This document shows, piece by piece, positions 50,279-61,600 of a stretch of DNA of 64,000 nucleotides. The stretch is from assembly GCA_963827685.1 (NCBI GenBank), contig CAWHBU010000004.1, positions 64,001-128,000 on the forward strand. Reading direction: 5' to 3'. Origin of the DNA: an uncultured delta proteobacterium. Its GTDB lineage: Bacteria; Desulfobacterota; BSN033; UBA1163. How positions within the stretch are numbered: position 1 is the stretch's first letter; the number at the start of each line of letters is the position of its first letter. Under the pieces are notes generated by a model. That model saw only the letters and a program-made list of their open reading frames with translations, was not told where the DNA came from and did no database searches. Made by a program: the position numbers and the translations under genes.

Positions 50279-52597
50279 ATGGAACAGAATATTGATGTTG
50301 AGGCATTGAAACAAAGGGTGACCGAGCTGGAGAAAAGGGTAAAAGAGTATGAGCGAAGAGAGGCAAAGCAGGGTCTCCAAGAGGTGACCAAACGTCTTGA
50401 GAAGATTGCCGAGATGGGTGACGACGGTATTATCGTCTTCGACGAGGATTATAAGATTGGGTTCGCCAACCCCATTGCTTCCGAACTGACCGGATATCCG
50501 AAAGGGAAATTGGTGGGGATGGATTTCCGGCGTCTCTTGGGTGAAGGGGATATCGGTTATCTTGGTCAGATGCACTCTCAGGTGGGGGCGGATGAAAGCA
50601 AACGAGTCTGTACAGAGATGGAGGTCTTAACGGAGAAAGGTCTGAAACGGGATGCCGAGGTCTGCATCACAATTGCGAAGAAGGAGAAGGGTGGTGTCCA
50701 GACCTATGCGTATTTAAGGGATATCACAGAGAGGAAGAGGATGGAGAGGGAGATCCGGGAGGCCACGAAACGCTTTGAAAAGATCGCTGAGATGGGAGAA
50801 GATGGGATCATTGTTTTCGATGAAAATTCCCGGATCGAATTTGCCAATCAAATGGCCTCTGAGATTATGGGTTTTCCGAAAGACCGGATCCTCGGTCGAG
50901 AATTTTTCTCCCTCATCGGTAAACGGGACGAAGAGTTTTTAGAAGAGATGGTCATGCGGGGAGAAGGCTTGGGTCAGAAGGTCTGTACGGAGATGTCCCT
51001 TCACACTCCGCAAGACAAGATCAAAGAGACAGAAGTCTGCATCGCCCCGACACAATCAGAGGATGGCCGGATCAGGACCTATGCCTACATACGGGACATC
51101 ACGGAAAGAAAAAAGTTTGAGAAAGATTTAAGGGAATCAGAGGAGAAATACCGGAACCTCTTCGAAAGGGTTCGGCATGGACTCTACATCAGCAGCAAAG
51201 AAGGACATTTTCTCGACTGTAATCAAGCCATGTGGGGGTTGCTGGGATACCAAGATAAAGAGGAGTTCTTGAAGATCGACATCGTCAAAGATCTCTATGT
51301 GAACCCCGAAGATCGGAAAACTTTTATGGCGCTCGTTGAAAAATTAGGATTTGTTAAAGATTTTGAAGTGGAGTTTAAGAAGAAAAATGGCGAGAGGATC
51401 ACGGTCCTTCTCACTGCCACTGCAAAAAGGGATGAAAAGGGAACGATCATTGGATATGAAGGCCTCAATATCGACATCACCGACCGGAAGAAAATGGAAA
51501 GGGAGTTGAAAGAGGCGAACGACTTTCTAATGGACCTGATCGAGAGCTCTGTGGATGGCATCGTTGTCACCAACATGAAGGGAGATATCCTCATCTTCAA
51601 TAGAGGGGCGGAAAATATCCTTGGTTACAACCGGGAGGAAGTGGTGGGAAAAATGAATATTCGAAACATCTATCCGCCCGGCGTCGCCAGAGAGGTGATG
51701 GAAAAACTGAAGAGTCCTGATTTTGGAGGAGTGGGAAAGTTGACCTCCTTCCCTATTTTCCACCAGAGAAAAGACGGAGAACTGATCGAAGGAGATCTTT
51801 CAGCGTCTGTCATCTATGATGAGAAAGGGCATGAGATCGCCAGCATTGGCATCTTCAAGGACCTCAGGGAGAGATTGGGGATAGAGAGAGAACTCCAGAA
51901 GATGCAGGAGGCTCTTCTTCAATCTGAAAAGTTGGCTGCCATGGGAAGGCTCACCTCTCAGATCGCTCATGAATTGAACAACCCCATCTACGGTATTATG
52001 AACACCCTGGAGCTTCTCAAGACGGAAATCCCTCCGGAGAGTAAGAGAAGGAGAATTTTAGAATTATCCCTCTCAGAAATTCAGAGGCTCTCTGAGATGC
52101 TCCGGAACATGCTTAGTTTTTCAAAACCTGAAGAAGAAAAGCGAAGGCCCGTCAAAATAGATGGGCTCATTGAGGGAATCCTGTTGGTAATGGAAAAACA
52201 GATGAAAGAATCGAATATTCAGGTGGAGGTATCCTTTGATCCTGACATTCCAGAAATCATGGCCTCCACCAACCAAATGAGACAGGTATTGCTGAACATC
52301 TTCAAAAATGCCAAGGAGGCCATGCCAAAGGGAGGCACCCTCTTCGTCAGAACGAGCAAAGAGGATAATAGGGTCTTGGTTCATATTCAGGATACAGGAA
52401 TAGGAATCGCAGAGGAGATTAAGGATAAGATCTTCGAGGCCTTTTTTACAACCAAACAGAAGGTGAAGGGAGTTGGGTTGGGACTTTCGGTCTGTTACGG
52501 AATTATAAAAGATCATGGTGGGGAGATCACGGTAGAGAGCGAAGAGGGGAAAGGCACCACCTTCAGCATTCGTTTACCTATTGAGAGTCGAAATTAA
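50279..52597 (+). CDS. Cytoplasmic multi-PAS sensor histidine kinase
   Basis: Four PAS/PAC units (DITERK), AHELNNP, GVGLGL. Confidence 0.92.
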   Translation: MEQNIDVEALKQRVTELEKRVKEYERREAKQGLQEVTKRLEKIAEMGDDGIIVFDEDYKIGFANPIASELTGYPKGKLVGMDFRRLLGEGDIGYLGQMHSQVGADESKRVCTEMEVLTEKGLKRDAEVCITIAKKEKGGVQTYAYLRDITERKRMEREIREATKRFEKIAEMGEDGIIVFDENSRIEFANQMASEIMGFPKDRILGREFFSLIGKRDEEFLEEMVMRGEGLGQKVCTEMSLHTPQDKIKETEVCIAPTQSEDGRIRTYAYIRDITERKKFEKDLRESEEKYRNLFERVRHGLYISSKEGHFLDCNQAMWGLLGYQDKEEFLKIDIVKDLYVNPEDRKTFMALVEKLGFVKDFEVEFKKKNGERITVLLTATAKRDEKGTIIGYEGLNIDITDRKKMERELKEANDFLMDLIESSVDGIVVTNMKGDILIFNRGAENILGYNREEVVGKMNIRNIYPPGVAREVMEKLKSPDFGGVGKLTSFPIFHQRKDGELIEGDLSASVIYDEKGHEIASIGIFKDLRERLGIERELQKMQEALLQSEKLAAMGRLTSQIAHELNNPIYGIMNTLELLKTEIPPESKRRRILELSLSEIQRLSEMLRNMLSFSKPEEEKRRPVKIDGLIEGILLVMEKQMKESNIQVEVSFDPDIPEIMASTNQMRQVLLNIFKNAKEAMPKGGTLFVRTSKEDNRVLVHIQDTGIGIAEEIKDKIFEAFFTTKQKVKGVGLGLSVCYGIIKDHGGEITVESEEGKGTTFSIRLPIESRN

Positions 52598-53071
52598 GAC
52601 ACAAAAAACGAGTGAAAAATATCGGCACAGTGAATTGGAAGTTTATTCTCACTTTGATAATCTTCAACAAAAATCTGAATTCGGAAACTCCGCCATCACG
52701 TGTTGGAAAGGTTTAAGATTCACGGAGACCTGATTCAATTCTAATATGTTTTTGTCGATCGGACTCCCGCAAAATTATCTTCTGAATCCGTTTGCATACA
52801 AAACACATTGGCCACCTTTCCTCCGTTTTTCATAAATCGGATGGTGGAGAGGAGATCGTTGAATCAAGGTTTCTTTTGCCATGAGTGGGTCGAAATCTTT
52901 TGGTTAATATTGAGGAAAGTAAAAATTATGCCTTAAGGGGTTTTAAAATAATTGGATAATTGTTATATTATGGAAGAAAGGGATTGACTACAATGCTCAT
53001 CATATAGGGGAGAAGAAAACCCCAAAGCAGTTTGGCCCTGATAATCTCTTGGGCCGTCGGGAATATGAATT

Positions 53072-55030
53072 GTGTTTTACTCCACTCGATCTAAACTCAT
53101 CCTCAGTTTTCTTGGCATTTCCTTCCTTGTGTGTGGAGTCGCTCTTCTAGTGGGAGGGCAACTCCTTTACAAAGCGGTGCTCAACGAGGCAACGAATCGG
53201 GTCCGGTTGGATCTCAATGCCGCACGGGAAATCTATCTCTCGCGTATCAAAGGGGTAAAAGTCGCTCTCAACATTACCACCTTAGGGCCGGTATTCCGAT
53301 CAGCCCTTGAAAGACGGGATGCTCAGAGAATTATTCCTTTGTTGACAAATATCGCTCAGCAAACCGAATTGGATTTCGCAGGGATTGTTACGAAAGAAGG
53401 AAAAGCGCTATGCCGTATCGGACCCAATTCCATACCAAAAGGAAATAGTCCTACAAATCCAATTGCCAATTTAGCGCTCCAACAACAGATTGCTGTCTCA
53501 GGAACAGTCATTTTGAGCAACAAGTTTCTATTCTATGAGAATCCCGAACTCGCTGATCGAGCCGGAATCAAATTACTTCCCACAAAGAGAGCCACGCCAC
53601 GGCCCGAGACAGAGGAACTCTCGGGGATGGCTCTTGCGGCCGCTGTTCCGATCTTCGAAGCTGGAAATTTTCTTGGTGTTCTCTACGGAGGCGTGCTCCT
53701 CAACCGAAGTCAAGAGATTGTGGACCGAGTGCGGGACACTGTTTTTCAACACGAGATCTACAAGGGCCAGAGTATAGGCACAGCCACTATCTTTTTTAAG
53801 GATATTCGTATCTCCACAAATGTTCTTTCACCCGATGGAAGTCGAGCGATTGGAACAGTGGCCTCGGAGGAAGTCACAAAACGTGTCTTGACAGAGGGGA
53901 AAAAGTGGACAGATCGTGCCTTCGTTGTCAATGATTGGTTTATCACAGCCTATGAGCCCATCGAAGACATCTTTGGCCAAAGGGTTGGAATGCTTTATGT
54001 CGGAGTGTTGGAAGCAAAGTATGCGGATGTCCGCTGGAAGGCCCTCTCTCTTTTTATAATGATCACCGTAGCAGGAATGGTCTTAGCCATTGGCTTGGGA
54101 TATATTATTGCCAGCAAGATGAGTCGGCCAGTGAAACAGCTCATCGAGGCAAGCAATCAAGTTTCACAGGGCAACCTCTCTCCAGAGATCGGACCGATCT
54201 CAAAAAGTGAGCTGGGTGTTCTCCAGAAAACGTTCAAACAAATGTTGACTTCCCTCCAGGAAAGGGATAAACGTCAAAGGGTGGAAAGCGAGATAAAACT
54301 CCTGCAATCAGAAAAACAGGCGAGCATTGGCAAGCTTGCGGGCGGGGTGGCACACGAGATCAACAATCCTCTGACCGGGATATTTACCTTCACCCACATG
54401 TTGCTTCGCCGAAAGGACATTCCAGAGGATGTTCGCGCAGACCTCGAAACGATCGGCCAGGAGACGGAACGGGTTCGAAAAATTGTCAAAGGGCTGCTCG
54501 ATTTCTCACGTCAGACAGAACTCGACCGTGAGCCGACAGACGTCAATCGCCTTATCCGTTTCACCCTCTCCCTTGTCGAAAACCAGGCCCTCATCAAAGG
54601 CGTAAGCTTAAATTTTGAGCCAGGGGAAGGGCTTCCGATGATTACTTTAGACAGAAATCAGATGCAAAGTGTTTTACTCAATATCATTATCAATGCCCTG
54701 GATGCCACAGACCCGGGCGGAAGTATCACCGTCGCAAGTGGTATCGGCGTATCCACTAGCCATCCTGGTCAAAATGGTATTGAAATTTTATGTACGGATA
54801 CAGGTTGTGGTATTCCTCCTGAGAACCTTAATAAGCTTTTCGATCCTTTCTTTACAACCAAAGACGTTGGACATGGTACGGGTTTAGGGCTATCGGTGTC
54901 GTATGGTATCGTTGAACGCCATGGAGGGACCATGTGGGTTCAGAGTAAGGTTGGCAAAGGGAGCACCTTTAAGGTCTGGCTACCCATAGAGGAGCAAAGG
55001 GTAGGGGATGAAAATATTAGTGGTGGATGA
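53072..55030 (+). CDS. Cache-HAMP membrane histidine kinase
   Basis: 2 TM, ATIF..RISTNV..RAIGT cache motif, AHEINNP, GTGLGL. Confidence 0.92.
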   Translation: MFYSTRSKLILSFLGISFLVCGVALLVGGQLLYKAVLNEATNRVRLDLNAAREIYLSRIKGVKVALNITTLGPVFRSALERRDAQRIIPLLTNIAQQTELDFAGIVTKEGKALCRIGPNSIPKGNSPTNPIANLALQQQIAVSGTVILSNKFLFYENPELADRAGIKLLPTKRATPRPETEELSGMALAAAVPIFEAGNFLGVLYGGVLLNRSQEIVDRVRDTVFQHEIYKGQSIGTATIFFKDIRISTNVLSPDGSRAIGTVASEEVTKRVLTEGKKWTDRAFVVNDWFITAYEPIEDIFGQRVGMLYVGVLEAKYADVRWKALSLFIMITVAGMVLAIGLGYIIASKMSRPVKQLIEASNQVSQGNLSPEIGPISKSELGVLQKTFKQMLTSLQERDKRQRVESEIKLLQSEKQASIGKLAGGVAHEINNPLTGIFTFTHMLLRRKDIPEDVRADLETIGQETERVRKIVKGLLDFSRQTELDREPTDVNRLIRFTLSLVENQALIKGVSLNFEPGEGLPMITLDRNQMQSVLLNIIINALDATDPGGSITVASGIGVSTSHPGQNGIEILCTDTGCGIPPENLNKLFDPFFTTKDVGHGTGLGLSVSYGIVERHGGTMWVQSKVGKGSTFKVWLPIEEQRVGDENISGG

Positions 55031-55400
55031 TGATGCCATTGTGATCAAAAGTTGCCGGCGCATCCTCGAAGCAGAAGGATTCGAAGTCACCACGGTCCCC
55101 AGCGCAGACGAGGCACTGGAGAGAATTAAAGTTTACGACTTTGATCTTGTGCTCATGGATGTGAAGATGCCTAAACACGATGGAATCTTCCTCATGCGAG
55201 AAATTAAAAAAAATTGGCCGGACATCCCGATCATCGTGATGAGCGGTTACCCCACTCCAGAGACCATTGCCGATGTGCTGAAATTAGGGGCCGCCCAGTT
55301 TATTCCAAAACCTTTTAAACCTGACGAATTTATGAAATCCATTCGGCAGGTCATTCATAAGATGTCGCATAAGAGATCTTTTCCCACAGGAGCTGGGTGA
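55008..55400 (+). CDS. Single-domain response regulator
   Basis: ILVVDDD, MDVKMP, SGY, KPF. Confidence 0.92.
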   Translation: MKILVVDDDAIVIKSCRRILEAEGFEVTTVPSADEALERIKVYDFDLVLMDVKMPKHDGIFLMREIKKNWPDIPIIVMSGYPTPETIADVLKLGAAQFIPKPFKPDEFMKSIRQVIHKMSHKRSFPTGAG

Positions 55401-55598
55401 AAAGCTAAAAATCCAAATTTCAAAATCCCTGCCTGCGCTGAGGTTTCGGCAGGTAGACAAATGTCAAATGAATGTCAAAGACCAAACGCAAAAAGAATTT
55501 TTTGATTTCGAACTATTAATATTTTGAATTTATCCATTGGGATTTCATTTGATCTTTGAAATTTGACATTAATCTATTTCATGCGAAGGGGGAACACC

Positions 55599-56861
55599 AT
55601 GGCTGAGAAGATGCTGGTTATCGATGACGAAGAGATTGTACTGAAATCGTGCCGAAAAATATTTGAGGCGGAAGGTTTCGAAGTGGTAACAACTGCCAAT
55701 CCTCAAGAAGGTCTCAAACTTGTCTCCGAAAAATCCTTCGACGTGATTCTCTGTGACTGGATGATGCCGGGTTTTGACGGGATGGATGTGGTGGAGGAGA
55801 TTGACAAGCGTTCACCGAATTCAACCGTGGTTATGATCAGTGGTTACCCTTCTGTTGGGCGGGCGACCGAAGCGATGAAGCGAGGAGCGATGGATTATGT
55901 GGCCAAACCCTTCCGGCCAGAGGAGATCATCGAGGTTGTTAAAAAGGCAGTGAGACGCAAGGTCACTGAAGAGAAAAAAGCCATCGGACGATTTGAGAGC
56001 TTTATGAAGTCCTGGCAATTTCCGGTGCCGGCATTAGAGGATAGGGCGCCTAAGACAATCGCCGAGACGGTCGCTCAAACCGTGGGGGTAGCGAAGGCGA
56101 CCTCACCCTGGTTCACTGTATTTGTACTAGGAATTCTGGCTGGGGCTTATATTGGTTTTGGAGGTTTACTTTCAACAACCGTGACCTTTGATATGGCCGC
56201 CAAATGGGGCATCGGCTTCACAAAAATCCTAGGAGGAGCTGCTTTTAGCGTAGGCCTGATGCTTGTGGTCATTGCGGGGGCGGAGTTATTCACCGGCAAC
56301 AACTTGATGGTTTCAAGTGTCATGATGAAAGAGATCAGTTTCAGCACCATGTTAAAGAGATGGGGAGTTGTTTTTCTCGCCAATTTCATCGGATCGATTA
56401 TCATTGCGTTGGTATTTTACTTTTCCGGGCTCTGGAAGACCGGCGACGGGGCGCTGGGCGCGGCTGCGGTTAAGACTGCTTATAACAAAGTCGCCCTGAG
56501 CTTCGGCGAGGCGCTATGGCGTGGGATTGGCTGCAACTGGCTGGTCTGTCTGGCCGTCTGGATGGCTCTTGCGGCTCGCCAAATTATAGGGAAGATATTC
56601 GCCATCTTCTTTCCGATCATGGCCTTTGTTGCCATCGGGTTTGAGCACAGTGTTGCCAATATGTACTTCATCCCAACGGGAATATTGCTGATGAACGGAG
56701 CTGGATTCAGCAGCGTTCCAGGGGTCGATCCGAATATCCTCTGTTGGATCAATTTCTTGTGGAGGAACTTGCTCCCTGTAACAATAGGAAACATCATCGG
56801 TGGCGCGGTATTTGTGGGAATGAGTTATTGGGGAGCCTACCTCAGACCGAAGACCGATTAA
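55599..56861 (+). CDS. Receiver domain fused to a formate/nitrite transporter (FNT)
   Basis: N-terminal IDDE..CDWMMP..KPF; C-terminal GAELFTGN, CNWLVCLA, GFEHSVANM, GNIIGG. Confidence 0.9.
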   Translation: MAEKMLVIDDEEIVLKSCRKIFEAEGFEVVTTANPQEGLKLVSEKSFDVILCDWMMPGFDGMDVVEEIDKRSPNSTVVMISGYPSVGRATEAMKRGAMDYVAKPFRPEEIIEVVKKAVRRKVTEEKKAIGRFESFMKSWQFPVPALEDRAPKTIAETVAQTVGVAKATSPWFTVFVLGILAGAYIGFGGLLSTTVTFDMAAKWGIGFTKILGGAAFSVGLMLVVIAGAELFTGNNLMVSSVMMKEISFSTMLKRWGVVFLANFIGSIIIALVFYFSGLWKTGDGALGAAAVKTAYNKVALSFGEALWRGIGCNWLVCLAVWMALAARQIIGKIFAIFFPIMAFVAIGFEHSVANMYFIPTGILLMNGAGFSSVPGVDPNILCWINFLWRNLLPVTIGNIIGGAVFVGMSYWGAYLRPKTD

Positions 56862-57098
56862 AGCAACTGTCAACTAAAATACGCTTTCTACCTCCGGGCA
56901 TCATTCGGCAGTAGACCGATGATGCCCTTTTCTTCCTTCATCCTTGTACCACCTTCCATTTTTGCTAAGGGCATAGTAAAATTAATTAATAAAATCAAAT
57001 AATTATAATAAAAAAATTTAGGGCAAGAAATTTTTATTGACAAATTATAAATTCTATAGTAATTGAAAAAATGGTAAATTCTATAAAAGGAGAAAATT

Positions 57099-57671
57099 AT
57101 GGAAATTCTAACTGTATCACAGGCAAGTAAGTATTGTAAGGTCTCATCCAAAACAATCATCAACTGGATCGATGCGGGCTATATCAAGGCTTATAAAACC
57201 GTAGGGGGACATCGCAGGATTAAAAAAGAGGATCTGGATCAGTTTCTTAAAGAGAAGGGAATGCCTCTTCCAGAAGAGGCAAAAACAGAGGAGAGGAAAA
57301 AAATTCTTGTCGTGGATGATGACAAGATCATCGTGGAGACGATTGTGCAGGCCCTTGAGGAGGATGAGTACGGATATGAGATGATCTCCGCTTCAGACGG
57401 CTTTGAGGCAGGCCTTCAAGTTAACCATTTTAAACCGGACCTCTTGATCCTGGATATCATGATGCCCGACATCAATGGATATGAAGTCTGTCAAAAGATC
57501 AAATCCAGTCCCGAAACGAAGGACACTAAAATCATTGTGCTCTCAGCCTATCTCGATGACGATGCCTTCAATCAGATGAAAGGATACGGTGCAGATGCAT
57601 GCTTCTCGAAACCCCTTCCTTTAGAACAATTAAAATTCGAGGTAGCCAAACTATTGGGTTTGAAAAAGTGA
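57099..57671 (+). CDS. Excisionase-type HTH + receiver response regulator
   Basis: TIINWID.G.IKAYKT.GGHRRI; VVDDD, LDIMMP. Confidence 0.88.
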   Translation: MEILTVSQASKYCKVSSKTIINWIDAGYIKAYKTVGGHRRIKKEDLDQFLKEKGMPLPEEAKTEERKKILVVDDDKIIVETIVQALEEDEYGYEMISASDGFEAGLQVNHFKPDLLILDIMMPDINGYEVCQKIKSSPETKDTKIIVLSAYLDDDAFNQMKGYGADACFSKPLPLEQLKFEVAKLLGLKK

Positions 57672-57721
57672 AAGGTTTTGGAATACTACCAAAGTTATTT
57701 TAAACTAAAGAGGAGAGGACA

Positions 57722-58603
57722 ATGAGTTTACAAGAAAATTTAAAAAATAAGAGATTTATAGTGACTTCAGAGATTCAACCCCCTATCGGCACTGGTATCC
57801 AAGACCTTATCCGGAATGTGGAGCGAATTCGAGGGAGAGTGGATGCCCTGACCGTCCCTGAACTGAAGATAGAGGGTTTGGTGACTGATACGATGGGAAC
57901 CTGCCGGGCCCTAAAGGACCAAAAATTCGACCCGATCCTTCAGACCACCTGTCGGGAGAAAAATAGGCTTGATATCCAAGAACATCTCCTACGGGCCTCG
58001 GAATCTGGAGTAGAGAATATTCTCACCTTCACAGAAGATTATCGTATCACCGGAGATAGCCTCCAGGAGATTATGTTCTTCCATGTGGATTCGGGGAAGC
58101 TTTTTTCCGTTATCGAAAGCCTTCGTGAAGGTCAGGATATTTCCGGCAAAGAAATCCGGGTCAAACCCAAATTCTTTGTGGGATCAGGGATTGATTCGAA
58201 TTGGGGAAAGAAAGTGCCTGATCTGGAGTTAAAAGAGATGGAGGAATTGGCTGGTTTAGGGACTCAGTATTTTCTCACCACTCCAATCTTTGATCTTGAT
58301 TCCTTCCATGAGTTCATGAAAAAGGTGGGACCGATAAAAATACCGGTGGTCGCGGAAATCATTTTGGTGAGATCAGCAGAGATGGGTCTCTTTCTCAACA
58401 AACATGTCAAGCCAGGGATGGTTCCCAACCATATCATTGAAAAGTTAGCCAAGGCTCCAGATAAAGAGAAAGCGAGCATTGAGATTGTCAGTGATCTGGT
58501 GAAAGGGCTGAGGGACCTTTGCCAAGGGGTCCATTTTATTCCGATCGGAGCAGAAGATCGAATTTCAAAATATCTCGATGCAGCCAAGATTTCATCAATT
58601 TAG
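57722..58603 (+). CDS. Methylenetetrahydrofolate reductase-like (MetF family, divergent)
   Basis: FIVTSEIQPP, QTTCREKNR, GVENIL, CQGVHF. Confidence 0.75.
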   Translation: MSLQENLKNKRFIVTSEIQPPIGTGIQDLIRNVERIRGRVDALTVPELKIEGLVTDTMGTCRALKDQKFDPILQTTCREKNRLDIQEHLLRASESGVENILTFTEDYRITGDSLQEIMFFHVDSGKLFSVIESLREGQDISGKEIRVKPKFFVGSGIDSNWGKKVPDLELKEMEELAGLGTQYFLTTPIFDLDSFHEFMKKVGPIKIPVVAEIILVRSAEMGLFLNKHVKPGMVPNHIIEKLAKAPDKEKASIEIVSDLVKGLRDLCQGVHFIPIGAEDRISKYLDAAKISSI

Positions 58604-58693
58604 AATTTGGAAATTAAGGGATTTAGGGATTGTTCAATTCACAATTCCTCAATTCGAGAATTTTGCGGTTTAATTTTGAAAGGATTCACTGTT

Positions 58694-61600
58694 ATGAGTC
58701 CAAATGAAAATCGGAAGATTGGTGCGGCGTTAGTCGTGGGGGGAGGAATCGCCGGGATTCAAGCCGCCCTTGATTTGGCTAATTCAGGAATCAAAGTTTA
58801 TCTCTTAGAACACTCCCCAGCCATTGGTGGGAAAATGGCTCAACTCGATAAAACCTTCCCCACCAATGACTGCGCTATGTGTATTGTTTCTCCAAAGTTG
58901 GTGGAGGCAGGAAGACATCTCAACATCGAAATCATTACCAACTCAGAACTTGTCTCTTTGGAAGGTGAGGCTGGGCATTTCAAAGCAAATATTCGGAAAC
59001 ATCCCCGCTACGTCGATATGAGTAAATGCACGAGTTGTAATGATTGTACAGAGGTCTGTCCTATTCTCCTGCCGAATGAATTTAATGAGGGATTGGATCA
59101 GAGAAAGGCTATTTATCGGCCTTATCCTCAGGCTGTTCCCAACACCTTTCTGGTCACTAAAAGAGGAACCAGTCCTTGCAAAAACACCTGCCCCGCCGAG
59201 ACGAGCGCACAAGGCTACATAGCTCTGATCCAGGCAGGCCGGTATAAAGAAGCCCTCGATGTGGTCAAAGAATATAATCCGTTTCCTGCCTCGGTAGGGC
59301 GTGTTTGTAATCACCCTTGTGAAGAGAAATGTAATCGAGGAAAGCTTGACAGCCCTGTTGCCATCTGCAGCCTGAAGCGTTTTGTAGCGGATTGGGTGTA
59401 TGAGCATCGTGATCAGTTAGAGAAGCAAATCACACCTCACGCTTCACGCCTGACGCTTGACGCTCCTAAAGAAGAACCAGTGCGGCCAAAAGCCAAAGTA
59501 GCAATTGTTGGGGCAGGCCCAGCAGGACTGAGCTGTGCCCATCAATTATCCCGCATGGGATATCAAACCACGATCTTTGAAGCCCTCCCCGTAGCAGGTG
59601 GAATGATGAGGGTAGGGATTCCCTCTTATCGTTTGCCCAGGGATGTGCTCCAGAGGGAAATTGATGAGATCTTGAATCACCCACTCGTTGCGTTGAAGCT
59701 CAATACCCCGATTCGAAATATCAACAGCCTCTTCGATGCTGGTTATTCTGCTGTCTTTTTGGCCATGGGTGCCCATGAGCCCCAGAAATTGGGCATTCCA
59801 GGGGAAGATGCCTTAGGGGTCCACTACGGGGTCCCTTTTCTCCAGGCTGTGAGCTTAGCTGAAAGACACGGAGTGATGGAGGGGTTTGAAGATCGTTTCC
59901 TGATCGCTTTTGGAATCCCCATCGCACCCAAAGTGGGAGAAAAGACCATCGTCATTGGAGGTGGAAATGTCGCCATTGATGCGGCCCGTACAGCCCTGAG
60001 GTTGGGCGCTAAAGGGGTCAGTATTCTCTATCGTCGATCTCGGGACGAGATGCCTGCCAATTCATGGGAGATTGAAGAGGCTGAGAGAGAAGGAATTGAA
60101 ATCCAAATCCTTACTTCGCCAGTCGAGGTGTTAGTGAAGGACGGCAGGGTTTCAGGTGTTCGATGTATCAAGATGGAGCTTGGTGAACCCGATGCCTCAG
60201 GACGAAGGAGGCCCATCCCCATCAAAGGCTCTGAGTTTATCGTGCCTGGAGATACCATGATTGCTTCGGTTGCACAGGCCCCGGAAATCTCCTTCCTCGA
60301 CGAATCCCATGGCCTTGAAGTGACCCCCAAGGGGACATTTGCCGTAGATCCACTTACCTTGACCACGAACCGACCGGGAGTCTTCGCGGGAGGCGATGTG
60401 GCAAGGGGTCCTTGGATACTGATCCAAGCCATTGCCGATGGCCGAAGAGGAGCGCTTTCCATTGATCGATATCTTAGAGGCGTTGATCTCCTCACCCCAA
60501 GAGAGCAGATTCCCCTTCCAGTAGTTGACCTATCTAAAGAAGAAATCAATCAGATGGTAGAAGAAGGGAAAGTAGACCTCACGCTAAGGACCGCAGTCCC
60601 CATGCTGCCAAAGGAAGACAGGATCAGAGATTTTCGAGAAGTGGAGTTGGTCCTCACCGAGGAACAGGCGAAGAAGGAAGCCGCGCGGTGTCTCGCCTGC
60701 GGCATCTGTTCAGAATGCCATCTCTGTGTCCAGGTTTGTAAAAGAGAAGCGATCGATCACCAACAGGCTGATCTGATGGAAGAATTAGGAGTAGGTTCTG
60801 TCATCCTCTCACCAGGTTATTCTCTCTACCGACCGGAACTTTCGCCCGAACTTGGCTATGGTCGTTATAACAATGTTGTGACGAGCATGGAATTTGAGAG
60901 GATGCTGAGCGCCTCGGGTCCCTGGGGAGGCCATGTCACTCGTCGATCGTCGGATCACCGAGAACCAAAGAAGATCGCATTTCTCCAATGCGTCGGATCG
61001 AGAGAGAAGGAGCGCGATTATTGCAGTTCGGTCTGCTGCATGTACGCTACTAAAGAGGCCATGCTCGCCATGGAGCATATCCCAGGAGTGGAGATTAAGA
61101 TCTTCCAAATGGATATGAGGGCATTTGGGAAAGGATTTGATGCTTACTTTGAAAGAGGGAAAGAAAAAGGAATTCAGTACATCCCTTGCCGCATTTCTGG
61201 ATTGGAAGAGGATCCTGAGACAAAGGACATTCTTATCCAATACGAAAGTTCCAATGGAAGTCATACCGTTAATAAAGAGGAGCGAGTTGACCTGGCGATA
61301 TTGAGCATTGGCATGGCAGCCCTTCCAGATGCTCAAATGTTGGCGAAGGCTTCAGGTATTGAACTCGATCCACATCAATTCTGCTTCACCCGAGACTTCC
61401 AACCCATTGAGACAAGCCGTTCCGGTGTTTACGCGTGCGGAGCTTTTACAGAGCCCAAAGATATTCCTGATAGTGTGATTCAAGCCAGTGGTGCAGCGGC
61501 CAAGGCCCTTTCTGTAATTGGAGAAGCCCGTGGGACGCTCGTTCGTAAGAAGGAATATCCTCCGGAAAGAGAGGTTCCCCCCGACGAAGAACCACGAATT

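Noticed and set aside
57048-57085. TAAATTCTATA direct repeat upstream of the HTH-receiver gene
   Set aside because: Could be an operator, but the region is very AT-rich, so chance cannot be excluded.
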